Below, one piece after another: positions 28,574-36,471 of a stretch of 55,012 nt of DNA (its first letter is position 1; the number at the start of each line of letters is the position of its first letter). The DNA lies in the NCBI GenBank assembly GCA_027306655.1, contig DAHUZL010000053.1:1-55012 (forward strand), read 5' to 3'. The stretch comes from Candidatus Dormiibacterota bacterium. GTDB lineage: Bacteria; Chloroflexota; Dormibacteria; Aeolococcales; Bog-877. The position numbers were made by a program, and so were the translations under genes. The notes beneath the pieces are model-generated. The model did no database searches. It saw only the letters and a list, made by a program, of their open reading frames with translations, and was not told the origin of the DNA.

Positions 28574-29631
28574 CCACCGCCCTGGTCCCGCCCGGCGCGC
28601 CGGCGCCGGCCACCGGCCCGCGCAACCGGCTCGGGCTCGGCCGCGACGTCTACAAGGGCCTCCCCACCACCCTCTGCGCCGGCTGCGGCCACAACTCGAT
28701 CACCAACCACATCATCAAGGCGCTCTACGACTCGGCGGTGCCGCCGCACCGGCTGGCCAAGATGAGCGGGATCGGCTGTTCGTCCAAGGCCACCGCCTAC
28801 TTCGTCGACTCCGCCTACGGCCTCAATGCGGTGCACGGCCGGATGCCGTCGATCGCCACCGGGGCCAAGCTCGCCAATCGCGACCTGGTGGTGGTCGGGA
28901 TCAGCGGCGACGGCGACACCGCCAGCATCGGGCTGGGCCAGTACTGCCACATGATCCGCCGCAATGTCGACTGCACGTACATCGTCGAGGACAACGGGGT
29001 CTACGGGCTCACCAAGGGCCAGTTCTCGGCCACCGCCGACCTCGGCTCGGTGCAGAAGAAGGGCCAGGTGAACGAGTTCGAGACCATCGACATCGCCGGT
29101 CTGGCGGTGGAGCTGGGCGCCTCGTTCGTGGCCCGCAGCTTCTCCGGCGACGGGCGCCAGCTGGTGCCGCTGCTGCGGGCGGCGCTGGCCCACCGGGGGA
29201 CGGCGGTGCTGGACGTCATCAGCCCCTGCGTCGCCTTCAACGACCACGAGGGGTCGACCAAGAGCTACGACTATGTGAAGGCGCACGACACCGTCCTCCA
29301 GGAGCTGGAGTTCATCCAGGCGCAGCCGGAGGTGGTGGTCGACTACGAGCCCGGGACGTCGACCACGGTCCGCTTCCCGGACGGGTCGGAGGTGGTGCTG
29401 CGCAAGGTCGGGCCCGACCACGATCCCCGCGACCGGCTGGCCGCGCTGCAGCTGGTCCAGGCCGGCCGCGCCGCGGGTCAGCTGGTCACCGGGCTCCTGT
29501 ATGTCAACCCCGAGATGGCCGACCTCGGCCAGCGCGAGCACCTGCCGCCGGGCCCGCTCCGCGACCTCGGCGAGGCCGAGCTCCGCCTCAGCCGCGAGGA
29601 GTTCGACGCCCTCCTCGCCGACTGGGCCTGA
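28570..29631 (+). CDS. korB: 2-oxoacid:ferredoxin oxidoreductase, beta subunit (TPP-binding)
   Basis: LCAGCGHNSI...GIGCSS...GISGDGDTASIG...IVEDNGVYGLTKGQ. The ATG overlaps the korA stop (ATGA at 28570-28573). Confidence 0.85.
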   Translation: MTTALVPPGAPAPATGPRNRLGLGRDVYKGLPTTLCAGCGHNSITNHIIKALYDSAVPPHRLAKMSGIGCSSKATAYFVDSAYGLNAVHGRMPSIATGAKLANRDLVVVGISGDGDTASIGLGQYCHMIRRNVDCTYIVEDNGVYGLTKGQFSATADLGSVQKKGQVNEFETIDIAGLAVELGASFVARSFSGDGRQLVPLLRAALAHRGTAVLDVISPCVAFNDHEGSTKSYDYVKAHDTVLQELEFIQAQPEVVVDYEPGTSTTVRFPDGSEVVLRKVGPDHDPRDRLAALQLVQAGRAAGQLVTGLLYVNPEMADLGQREHLPPGPLRDLGEAELRLSREEFDALLADWA

Positions 29632-29668
29632 GACTTCCCAGCGGCACCCGTCGGCGCCGGAGCGGCGG

Positions 29669-29739
29669 AAGACTCTCAGGTCCCTCTCAGCCAGGTCTCA
29701 GGCCCCTCTCAGGCGGTGGCACCGGGCCGGCCCTAGCGT
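29669..29739 (+). promoter_or_regulatory. Four TCTCAG direct repeats in exact 11-bp register plus a -10-like hexamer (candidate OmpR/PhoB-family response-regulator-dependent promoter)
   Basis: AAGAC then TCTCAG at 29674, 29685, 29696 and 29707. TAGCGT (TAnnnT) is at 29734-29739, exactly 21 nt after the last repeat. The start codon is at 29805. Confidence 0.55.
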
Positions 29740-29804
29740 CAGCACCGTTCCACTCGCCTGCGGCACCCGGCCTTCCCCGGGGCCGACGACCAAGGAGTTC
29801 CCCG

Positions 29805-30335
29805 ATGACGAGACTGACGACCCGCGGCATCCTCGTGAGCGCCGCGCTCCTGCTCGGCACGGTCGGCGGCACCGCCGCCGTCTCGGCCGCCACGGTCACC
29901 CCCAGCGTGCACGCGCTGCGCCACCCGCACCGCAACTTCTGGCGCTACTGGCACCGCACCCATCCCCGCAACCTCTACGTGGTGGAGAGCGTGTCGCCCG
30001 CTGGTGGGCTCTTCGGCGAGGGCCTGCTGACGGTGGAGAACTCCCAGAACGCGACGCTCACCATCAACCTCGACAACATGTCCCGGGCCTTCGTCACCGA
30101 CGGCCTGGGCGGGCGCGGCCGCTACCGGATCGCCCCCACCAGCCTCACCGCCGGTGACTTCGTGGTGGTGCTGAGCGAGGTCATCGACGTCCGCTCGTCG
30201 GCGCCCACCAGCAACAACGGCGTGATCCTGCTGGCCCTGCGCATCAACTACACCGGCTTCAACCCGACCGACCCCAACACCCCCGCCCCGATCGTGAACC
30301 CGAGCGCGTCCCCGACGCCCGCGCCCACCTCCTGA
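29805..30335 (+). CDS. Secreted protein, unknown function (beta-rich core; basic His/Arg/Trp-rich segment after the signal peptide; Pro/Thr-rich tail)
   Basis: Signal peptide MTRLTTRGILVSAALLLGTVGGTAAVSAA. This is followed by HALRHPHRNFWRYWHRTHPRN, the core ...GGLFGEGLLTVEN...TSLTAGDFVVVL..., and the tail NPTDPNTPAPIVNPSASPTPAPTS. AAGGAG lies upstream of the ATG. GC content is locally lower. Confidence 0.7.
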   Translation: MTRLTTRGILVSAALLLGTVGGTAAVSAATVTPSVHALRHPHRNFWRYWHRTHPRNLYVVESVSPAGGLFGEGLLTVENSQNATLTINLDNMSRAFVTDGLGGRGRYRIAPTSLTAGDFVVVLSEVIDVRSSAPTSNNGVILLALRINYTGFNPTDPNTPAPIVNPSASPTPAPTS

Positions 30336-30379
30336 GGCCGGCCTCGGGATCGCCGCACCGACCAAGACCCTGACCGTCC

Positions 30380-30408
30380 GGGCGGCGCCGAGCGGACCGG
30401 CGCCGCCC
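30380..30408 (+). terminator. Perfect 11-bp-stem hairpin downstream of the first secreted-protein gene
   Basis: gggcggcgccg-agcggac-cggcgccgccc. It has no U-tract. The arms are identical to the hairpin at 31093-31121. Confidence 0.5.
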
Positions 30409-30454
30409 CTCTCCTCCCCCGCGCCCGATCGCCCCGTCCCCGACGCCCGACCCC

Positions 30455-30503
30455 AAGACTTTCAGCCCCCTCTCAGGTAGGCGGTCCCAGGACCGCCTAC
30501 CGT
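30455..30503 (+). promoter_or_regulatory. Two T(T/C)TCAG repeats in 11-bp register, an 11-2-11 perfect palindrome and a -10-like hexamer
   Basis: AAGAC then TTTCAG (30460) and TCTCAG (30471). The palindrome is gtaggcggtcc-ca-ggaccgcctac (30477-30500). TACCGT at 30498-30503 is again exactly 21 nt after the last repeat. The start codon is at 30567. Confidence 0.5.
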
Positions 30504-30566
30504 GAGGGTACCCATCCACCCGGTCCCGGCCGCTCCTCCCCCGAGACCCACCCTGGAGGCCCCGCG

Positions 30567-31079
30567 ATGCCACGAGCGACTGGGCGGCGCACCCTGGGTG
30601 CGGCCGCGGTCCTGTTCGCCCTGGCCGGGGCCGGCACCGCCACCGTGACCGCCACCACGGTCCCGCGCGCCGCCATGGCCGCCATCGCCTCCCCGATGGC
30701 GGCCGCCCGGACCCGGACCCCGGGGCGGGGCCGGCCCGCGGCCCGGCCCCGCCTGCTGGCGGTCGGCACGGTGGTGGAGGTCACCACCATCGGGGGCCTG
30801 CTCCGGCACGGCGTCCTGCAGCTGCAGCGGGCCGACGGCCGGATCGCCCGCATCAGCCTCAGCCCGCGCACGCGGGTCCTCCAGTTCCGGGGCCAGGGCG
30901 TCCCGGTGGCTCGGATCAGCGTCACCGCCCTGGTGCCCGGCGACGTGGTGGTGGTGCGGGGCTGGGTGATCCCCGGTCGCGGCCCGGTCGCGCTCGTCAT
31001 CTTCGACACCAGCTTCAACGGGGCGGTCAACCCGGCAGCCGCGGGCCCGGCGCGTCCGCTCACGGTCGCCCGTCGCTGA
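30567..31079 (+). CDS. Secreted protein, distant paralog of 29805-30335
   Basis: Signal peptide MPRATGRRTLGAAAVLFALAGAGTATVTA. Arg-rich segment ARTRTPGRGRPAARPR. The core ...IGGLLRHGVLQLQR...ISVTALVPGDVVVVRG... aligns by eye with the first protein (GGL..G.L......L..GD.VVV). Confidence 0.7.
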   Translation: MPRATGRRTLGAAAVLFALAGAGTATVTATTVPRAAMAAIASPMAAARTRTPGRGRPAARPRLLAVGTVVEVTTIGGLLRHGVLQLQRADGRIARISLSPRTRVLQFRGQGVPVARISVTALVPGDVVVVRGWVIPGRGPVALVIFDTSFNGAVNPAAAGPARPLTVARR

Positions 31080-31092
31080 CCCCAGGCTTCCC

Positions 31093-31121
31093 GGGCGGCG
31101 CCGTACCGACCGGCGCCGCCC
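31093..31121. terminator. Perfect 11-bp-stem hairpin between convergent genes
   Basis: gggcggcgccg-taccgac-cggcgccgccc. It sits 14 nt after the stop at 31079 and 80 nt from the convergent citrate synthase stop. Confidence 0.5.
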
Positions 31122-31200
31122 GTCCCGGCTCCCCCGCCGGGGCCCGCCGCGGGCCCCGGCGTTCTGGGGCCGGGACCGCACCGCGAGCCGCCCCGATGGC

Positions 31201-32772
31201 TCAGGCGGCGGTGTAGCCGGGGGGGAGGGGCCGGGGCGCGGGGGGGCCCACGTAGATCGCCGACGGCCGGATCAGCCGATTGTGCTGGGCCTGCTCGCAC
31301 ACCGCCGCGGTCCAGCCGGCGAGCCGAGAGCAGGCGAAGGTGGGCGTGAACATGTCCCGGGGCACCCCGACCGTGTTCATCACCACCCCGGCGTAGAACT
31401 CCACGTTGGTGTACAGGCGGCGCCCGGGCTTGAGGTCCTGCAGCACCCGCAGCGCGGTGGCCTCGACCTGCCGGGCGAACTCCGCCTGATCCCCGCCCAG
31501 GCGCAGCGCCACCTCGCGGAGCAGGGTCGAGCGGGGGTCGTCGGTCTTGTAGACGCGATGGCCGAATCCCATCAGGCGGTCGCCGTGCTCGATCTGGTCG
31601 CGCAGCACCTGCTCGGCCCGGTCGGGGGTCCCGATGGTGTCGAGGGTGTCCAGGGCCCGCGACGGGGCTCCGCCGTGGAGGGGTCCGGAGAGGGCGCCCA
31701 GGGCTCCGATCACCGCGGCTCCGACGTCGGCGCCGGTCGAGGCGATCACGCGCGCCGTGAAGGTCGAGGCGTTGAAGCCGTGGTCCATCGTGAGGATGAG
31801 GTACTGCTCCAGCGCGCGGGCCGCCTCGGGCTCCGGCCGGCGACCGGTGAGCAGCTGGAGGTAGGCGGCGGCATAGCCCAGGTCGGGGTCGGCGTCCGCC
31901 GGCGGGTCGCCCCGGTGGGCGCGGTACTGGCGCAGGAGCACGACCGGGGCCACCGCGGTCAGCCGCAGAGCCGCGTCCATCACCTCCTCGCGGGTGGAGT
32001 CGAGGGTGGGGCGCAGCCCGAGGCTGCTCGCGACCAGCGAGAGCGCGGTCCGAAGGGCGGAGAGCGGCGCGAACGGCTCCACCCGGGTCAGCGGTTGGAG
32101 CAGGTCGGAGACCTCGGGCGCCAGCTCCCGGGCGACCCGGGCGCGCTCGCGGAAGGCGGCCAGCTGGGCTTGGTCCGGCAGCTCACCGATGAGCAGCAGG
32201 TGCCACACCTGCTCGAAGGAGCAGCGGCGGGCCAGCTCGGTGGCGTCGTACCCGCGGTAGTGGAAGAAACCCTCCTCCCCGCGCACGTCCCCGACCGCGG
32301 TCTCGGCGACCGCCACCCCCTCCAGCCCCGGCGGGGCCACCGTCGGGGCCGAGCCCGCCGGGCGGACGTCCTCGATGTGGGCAACGCGGACGATGTGCCG
32401 GATCGAGAGCATCCCCACCAGGCGGCCGCGCTCGAGCACCGGCAGGTGCCGGAAGTGGTGCTGGCGGAAGATCTCCAGCGCGATCGCCACCGGGTTGTCG
32501 GCGGTGAGGGTCACCGGGCTGGGGGACATCAGCGTCTCCACCGGGGTCGCGGGGTCGAGCCCGGTCCCGAGCGCGCGGAGCAGGTCGCGCTCGGTGACGA
32601 TGCCGATCACCCGGTCGTCGGGGTCCAGCACCGCGGCCGCGCCGACCTTGGCCCCGTCCAGGAGCCGCGCCAGCTCCGGGGCCGACATCTGCGGACGCGC
32701 CACCACCGGCGGCTGGTGCATCAGCTCGCGGACGGACACCGCTGCGGTCATCAGGCCCTCCCATCCGTCCAC
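31201..32772 (-). CDS. Citrate synthase (2-methylcitrate/citrate synthase type II fold) with N-terminal CBS-pair fusion
   Basis: The N-terminal ~135 aa hold two CBS motifs (VARPQMSAPELARLLDGAKVGAAAVLDPDDRVIGIVTERDLLRAL; VTLTADNPVAIALEIFRQHHFRHLPVLERGRLVGMLSIRHIV). The citrate synthase part reads GLEGVAVAETAVGDVRGEEGFFHYRGYD...SGPLHGGA...GFGHRVYKTDDPR. The alternative start MTAAVSVREL at 32751 is probably the real one. Confidence 0.85.
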   Translation of the reverse strand: MDGWEGLMTAAVSVRELMHQPPVVARPQMSAPELARLLDGAKVGAAAVLDPDDRVIGIVTERDLLRALGTGLDPATPVETLMSPSPVTLTADNPVAIALEIFRQHHFRHLPVLERGRLVGMLSIRHIVRVAHIEDVRPAGSAPTVAPPGLEGVAVAETAVGDVRGEEGFFHYRGYDATELARRCSFEQVWHLLLIGELPDQAQLAAFRERARVARELAPEVSDLLQPLTRVEPFAPLSALRTALSLVASSLGLRPTLDSTREEVMDAALRLTAVAPVVLLRQYRAHRGDPPADADPDLGYAAAYLQLLTGRRPEPEAARALEQYLILTMDHGFNASTFTARVIASTGADVGAAVIGALGALSGPLHGGAPSRALDTLDTIGTPDRAEQVLRDQIEHGDRLMGFGHRVYKTDDPRSTLLREVALRLGGDQAEFARQVEATALRVLQDLKPGRRLYTNVEFYAGVVMNTVGVPRDMFTPTFACSRLAGWTAAVCEQAQHNRLIRPSAIYVGPPAPRPLPPGYTAA

Positions 32773-32839
32773 CCGCCGGCGCGGGTCAGCTCGTCCGCCA
32801 TCGCCCCCCGCCCGTCGGCGGAGGACGGCCGCCGATCGC

Positions 32840-32992
32840 TCAGGGCCGCTCGGGCGGAGGGGTCCCGGTCGGGCCGGCCCGTCGCTCGCCCCGGTCCGCC
32901 CGGCGGAACAGGACGATCCATCCCACCAGGGAGCCCCCGGCGATGAGGGCCAGCATGCCCAGCGAGATTGCGATCTGACCGCCCGAGGTCAT
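32840..32992 (-). CDS. 50-aa single-TM membrane peptide
   Basis: MTSGGQIAISLGMLALIAGGSLVGWIVLFRRADRGERRAGPTGTPPPERP. A strong Shine-Dalgarno (GGAAGGAGGAGGCC) precedes the ATG directly. It lies 68-89 nt upstream of the CBS-citrate synthase on the same strand. Confidence 0.45.
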   Translation of the reverse strand: MTSGGQIAISLGMLALIAGGSLVGWIVLFRRADRGERRAGPTGTPPPERP

Positions 32993-33235
32993 GGCCTCCT
33001 CCTTCCGACCGATCGATTCTACCCGCCGGGAGACGGCGCCGACCGCCCGCGCCGACGGTGGCCGGGGTCCGCGGCCGATCCCCACCCCCACGCTATGCTG
33101 GCGAGGCCGGGACCGCGGGCGCGGTCCGGTGCCGGCGGCATCCGCGACCGACCGGCCGGAGGGGAGCGAGATCGGAGCCCGGCGACGGTGACAGCGGCGG
33201 GCGCCGGTCCGCGCCGCTCCCGATCGATCGGCGGC

Positions 33236-34408
33236 ATGCCCCCGGGCGTGATCGGCCTGGTGGCCGCCAGCTCGGTCGAGTGGGCCGGGGCCACTGCGGT
33301 GCTGCCGGTGCTGCCCCTCTTCATCCGGCACGGGGGGGCCTCCTACGCCCTGATCGGGGTGGTGATGGGGGCCTTCCTGGCGGCCAGCTTCCTGGTGCAG
33401 TACCCCCTGGGCCGCCTCTCCGACCGGCTCGGCCGCCGCCCGCCCCTGGTGCTGAGCCTGGTCGGCTACGCGCTCACCACCCTGGCCTTCGTCCTGCCCG
33501 TCTCGCCGGCGGTCTACATCCTGCTCCGGGCGCTGCAGGGGGCCGCCGCCGGCACCGTCCAGGTGGTCGGTCTGGCCATGATCGCCGACCTCGTCCCCGC
33601 CGACCGGCGCGGCCGCGCCTACGGCCTCCTGAACGGGTCCCAGTTCGGCGGGATGGTGATCGGCCCGCTGGCAGGCGCGCTCCTGTACGGGCTCCAGCCG
33701 CGGCTGGTGTTCGTGGCCTCCGCCGCCGCCGCGCTGGTGGCCGCGGCGACGGTGGGCGTGACCGTGCCCGCGGGCCGCCCGGCGGCCCGGCCCGCGGCGC
33801 CGGCACCCACCCGCCCCGACGCGGGGCTGCGCCGGCGGGTGGTGCGGGGCGTGCTGGTGGTCTCGGCCGGGACCGGCCTGCTCATCGGCGTCTACGACGC
33901 CGACTGGAGCCTTCTGCTGCGCTCCAAGGGCGCCCCGCCGTGGGAGGTGGGGCTCTCGTTCACCCTCTTCGCCCTGCCCCTGGTGCTGGCGTCATGGCCG
34001 GCCGGTTGGCTCGCCGACCACCGCGACCGGCGCTGGCTCGGCGGCCTCGCCACCCTGGCCGGCTGCGCCTGCGCCGCCGTCTACCCGTTCCTGCCCGGCC
34101 CCCCGTACCTCATGGCCCTCGGCGTGGTCGAGGCCACCGCGACCGCGATCGGGGTCCCGGCGGTGCTCTCCCTGCTGATGGACGCGGTCGGAGGCGGGGG
34201 CGCCGGTCGGGCCCAGGGGCTGGCCGGGAGCGCCCAGACCGGCGCCGCGGCGGTGGGCGCGACCCTCGGCGGCCTCCTCTTCGGGGTCGGCCCCTGGGCG
34301 CCGTTCGTCGGCGCGGCCGCGGTCGTCACCGCCATGACCGCCACGCTCCCCCACCTGTGGGGCTCCGCACGACGGTTCGCCCGCACCGAGGCGAGCCGGG
34401 CGTCCTGA
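33236..34408 (+). CDS. MFS transporter
   Basis: Motif A GRLSDRLGRRPPLV between TM2 and TM3, with ~12 helices. ATG 33236 was chosen; an in-frame GTG at 33188 is also possible. Confidence 0.8.
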   Translation: MPPGVIGLVAASSVEWAGATAVLPVLPLFIRHGGASYALIGVVMGAFLAASFLVQYPLGRLSDRLGRRPPLVLSLVGYALTTLAFVLPVSPAVYILLRALQGAAAGTVQVVGLAMIADLVPADRRGRAYGLLNGSQFGGMVIGPLAGALLYGLQPRLVFVASAAAALVAAATVGVTVPAGRPAARPAAPAPTRPDAGLRRRVVRGVLVVSAGTGLLIGVYDADWSLLLRSKGAPPWEVGLSFTLFALPLVLASWPAGWLADHRDRRWLGGLATLAGCACAAVYPFLPGPPYLMALGVVEATATAIGVPAVLSLLMDAVGGGGAGRAQGLAGSAQTGAAAVGATLGGLLFGVGPWAPFVGAAAVVTAMTATLPHLWGSARRFARTEASRAS

Positions 34409-34427
34409 CGCCTGCCGGGGCGGGAGG

Positions 34428-36392
34428 TCAGCCCTCCTGCCCCGGGTCGGTGAGGGCGCGCGCCCTCAGCTCCTCCAGCACCTGGGGGTCGGCCAGGGTG
34501 GTGGTGTCGCCGAGGGCCCGGTGCTCGGCGACGTCGCGGAGCAGCCGGCGCATGATCTTGCCGGAGCGGGTCTTGGGCAGCTCGCCGGTGAACACGATGC
34601 TGGCCGGCATCGCGATCTTGCCGATCTTCCGCCCGACGTGCTCGCGGAGCCGCTGCACGTGCGCGACCGATGGCTGGTGCTCGCCCTTGAGGGTGACGTA
34701 GGCCACGATCGCCTGCCCGGTGGTCGGGTCGCTGCGGCCGCAGACCGCGGCCTCCGCCACCGAGGGATGGTCGACCAGCGCCGATTCCACCTCGATGGTG
34801 GAGATCCGGTGAGCGGAGACGTTCATCACATCGTCGACCCGGCCCAGCAGCCAGATGTCGCCGTCCTGGTCGACGCGGGCCCCGTCGCCGGCGACGTACA
34901 CGCCCGGGAAGCGGCTCCAGTACGTCTCCCGGTAGCGCTCCGGGTCGCGGTGGATGCCCCGCAGCATCGCCGGCCAGGGCCGGGTGAGGACGAGGTGGCC
35001 GCCCTGCTCGCGGGCCACCTCCCGGCCGTGATCGTCGACCACCCGGACCTCGACGCCGGGGAAGGGCCGGCCGGCCGAGCCCGGTTTGCAGGTGGTCACG
35101 CCGGGCAGCGGCGTGATCATGATCATGCCGGTCTCGGTCTGCCACCAGGTGTCCACGATCGGCGTCCGGCCACCCCCGATATGGTCGCGGTACCAGATCC
35201 AGGCCTCGGGGTTGATCGGCTCGCCGACGGTCCCCAGCAGGCGCAGCGAGGAGAGGTCGTGCGCCTCCGCGTGGGCGGGTCCCCAGCGCATGTGGGTGCG
35301 GATGCTGGTGGGTGCGGTGTAGAGGACGCTCACCCGGTAGCGCTCGACGATCGCCCACCAGCGGTCGCGGTCGGGAAAGTCGGGGGTGCCCTCGTACAGC
35401 ACCGAGGTGGTGCCGTTGCAGAGAGGCCCGTAGACGATGTAGCTGTGCCCGGTCACCCAGCCGATGTCGGCGGCGCACCAGTAGACCGTGTCCGGCTTGA
35501 CGTCGAACACGTAGTGGTGGGTGGTGCTGACCCCGACCAGGTAGCCCCCGGTGGTGTGCACGATCCCCTTCGGCTGCGCCGTGGTGCCGCTGGTGTAGAG
35601 GAGGTAGAGGAGGTCCTCGGCGTCCATCGGCTCGCAGGGGCAGCCGGCCGGGTCGCCCTCCTCCGCCGCCACCAGCTCGTGCCACCAGCGGTCCCGTCCC
35701 GGCGCCATCGTCACCGCTCCGCCGGTGCGGCGCAGGACCACCGCCGTCCCCACCGAGGGGGCCAGCGCCAGGGCGCTGTCCGCGTTGGCCTTGAGCGGCA
35801 CCCGCTTGCCGCGCCGCCAGCCCTCGTCCTGGGTGATCAGCACCGCGCAGCCCATGTCCTTGAGCCGGCTGCCGAGCGCCTCGGCGCTGAAGCCGCCGAA
35901 CACCACCGTGTGGGGCGCGCCCAGCCGGGCGCACGCCAGCATCGCGATCGCCTGTTCGGGGACCATCCCCATGTAGATGCCGACCGGCGTGCCCCGCCCG
36001 ACCCCGAGGCGACGGAGCGCCGAGGCCAGCCGCACCACCTCGCGCTGCAGGTCAGCGAAGGTGAGCGAGCGGCGCTCGCCCTCGGGCTCCCCCTCCCAGT
36101 GGAAGGCGACCCGGTCACCCCGCCCCGCCTCGACGTGGCGGTCGACGCAGTTGTGGCAGGCGTTGAGGGTGCCACCGAGGAACCACCGGGCGTACGGGGG
36201 CTGCCAGTCGAGGACCCGCTCGAAGGGGGTGGACCAGCTCACCCGGGCGATCGCCTCGGCACCCCAGAACGACTCCAGGTCCCGCTCGTAGAGCGCCGCG
36301 GTGGCGTTGGCCTGGGCCGCGAACGCCGGCGGCGGCGGGAAGGTGCGCCCCTCCTGCTGCAGCGCCTCGATGGTGTGTCGCTCGGAGCTCAT
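34428..36392 (-). CDS. acs: Acetyl-CoA synthetase (AMP-forming)
   Basis: LLYTSGTTAQPKGIVHTTGGYL, WCAADIGWVTGHSY, DTWWQTETG and the C-terminal LPKTRSGKIMRRLLR are all Acs hallmarks. Start MSSERHTIEAL at the complement of 36390-36392. Confidence 0.9.
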   Translation of the reverse strand: MSSERHTIEALQQEGRTFPPPPAFAAQANATAALYERDLESFWGAEAIARVSWSTPFERVLDWQPPYARWFLGGTLNACHNCVDRHVEAGRGDRVAFHWEGEPEGERRSLTFADLQREVVRLASALRRLGVGRGTPVGIYMGMVPEQAIAMLACARLGAPHTVVFGGFSAEALGSRLKDMGCAVLITQDEGWRRGKRVPLKANADSALALAPSVGTAVVLRRTGGAVTMAPGRDRWWHELVAAEEGDPAGCPCEPMDAEDLLYLLYTSGTTAQPKGIVHTTGGYLVGVSTTHHYVFDVKPDTVYWCAADIGWVTGHSYIVYGPLCNGTTSVLYEGTPDFPDRDRWWAIVERYRVSVLYTAPTSIRTHMRWGPAHAEAHDLSSLRLLGTVGEPINPEAWIWYRDHIGGGRTPIVDTWWQTETGMIMITPLPGVTTCKPGSAGRPFPGVEVRVVDDHGREVAREQGGHLVLTRPWPAMLRGIHRDPERYRETYWSRFPGVYVAGDGARVDQDGDIWLLGRVDDVMNVSAHRISTIEVESALVDHPSVAEAAVCGRSDPTTGQAIVAYVTLKGEHQPSVAHVQRLREHVGRKIGKIAMPASIVFTGELPKTRSGKIMRRLLRDVAEHRALGDTTTLADPQVLEELRARALTDPGQEG

Positions 36393-36471
36393 CCGCCCCC
36401 CTCCACGATGCCCGCCGGACGTCTGGTCGGCCGGGCCCGGCCGCGATCGTAGACGGCCCGGGCCCCGGCCG

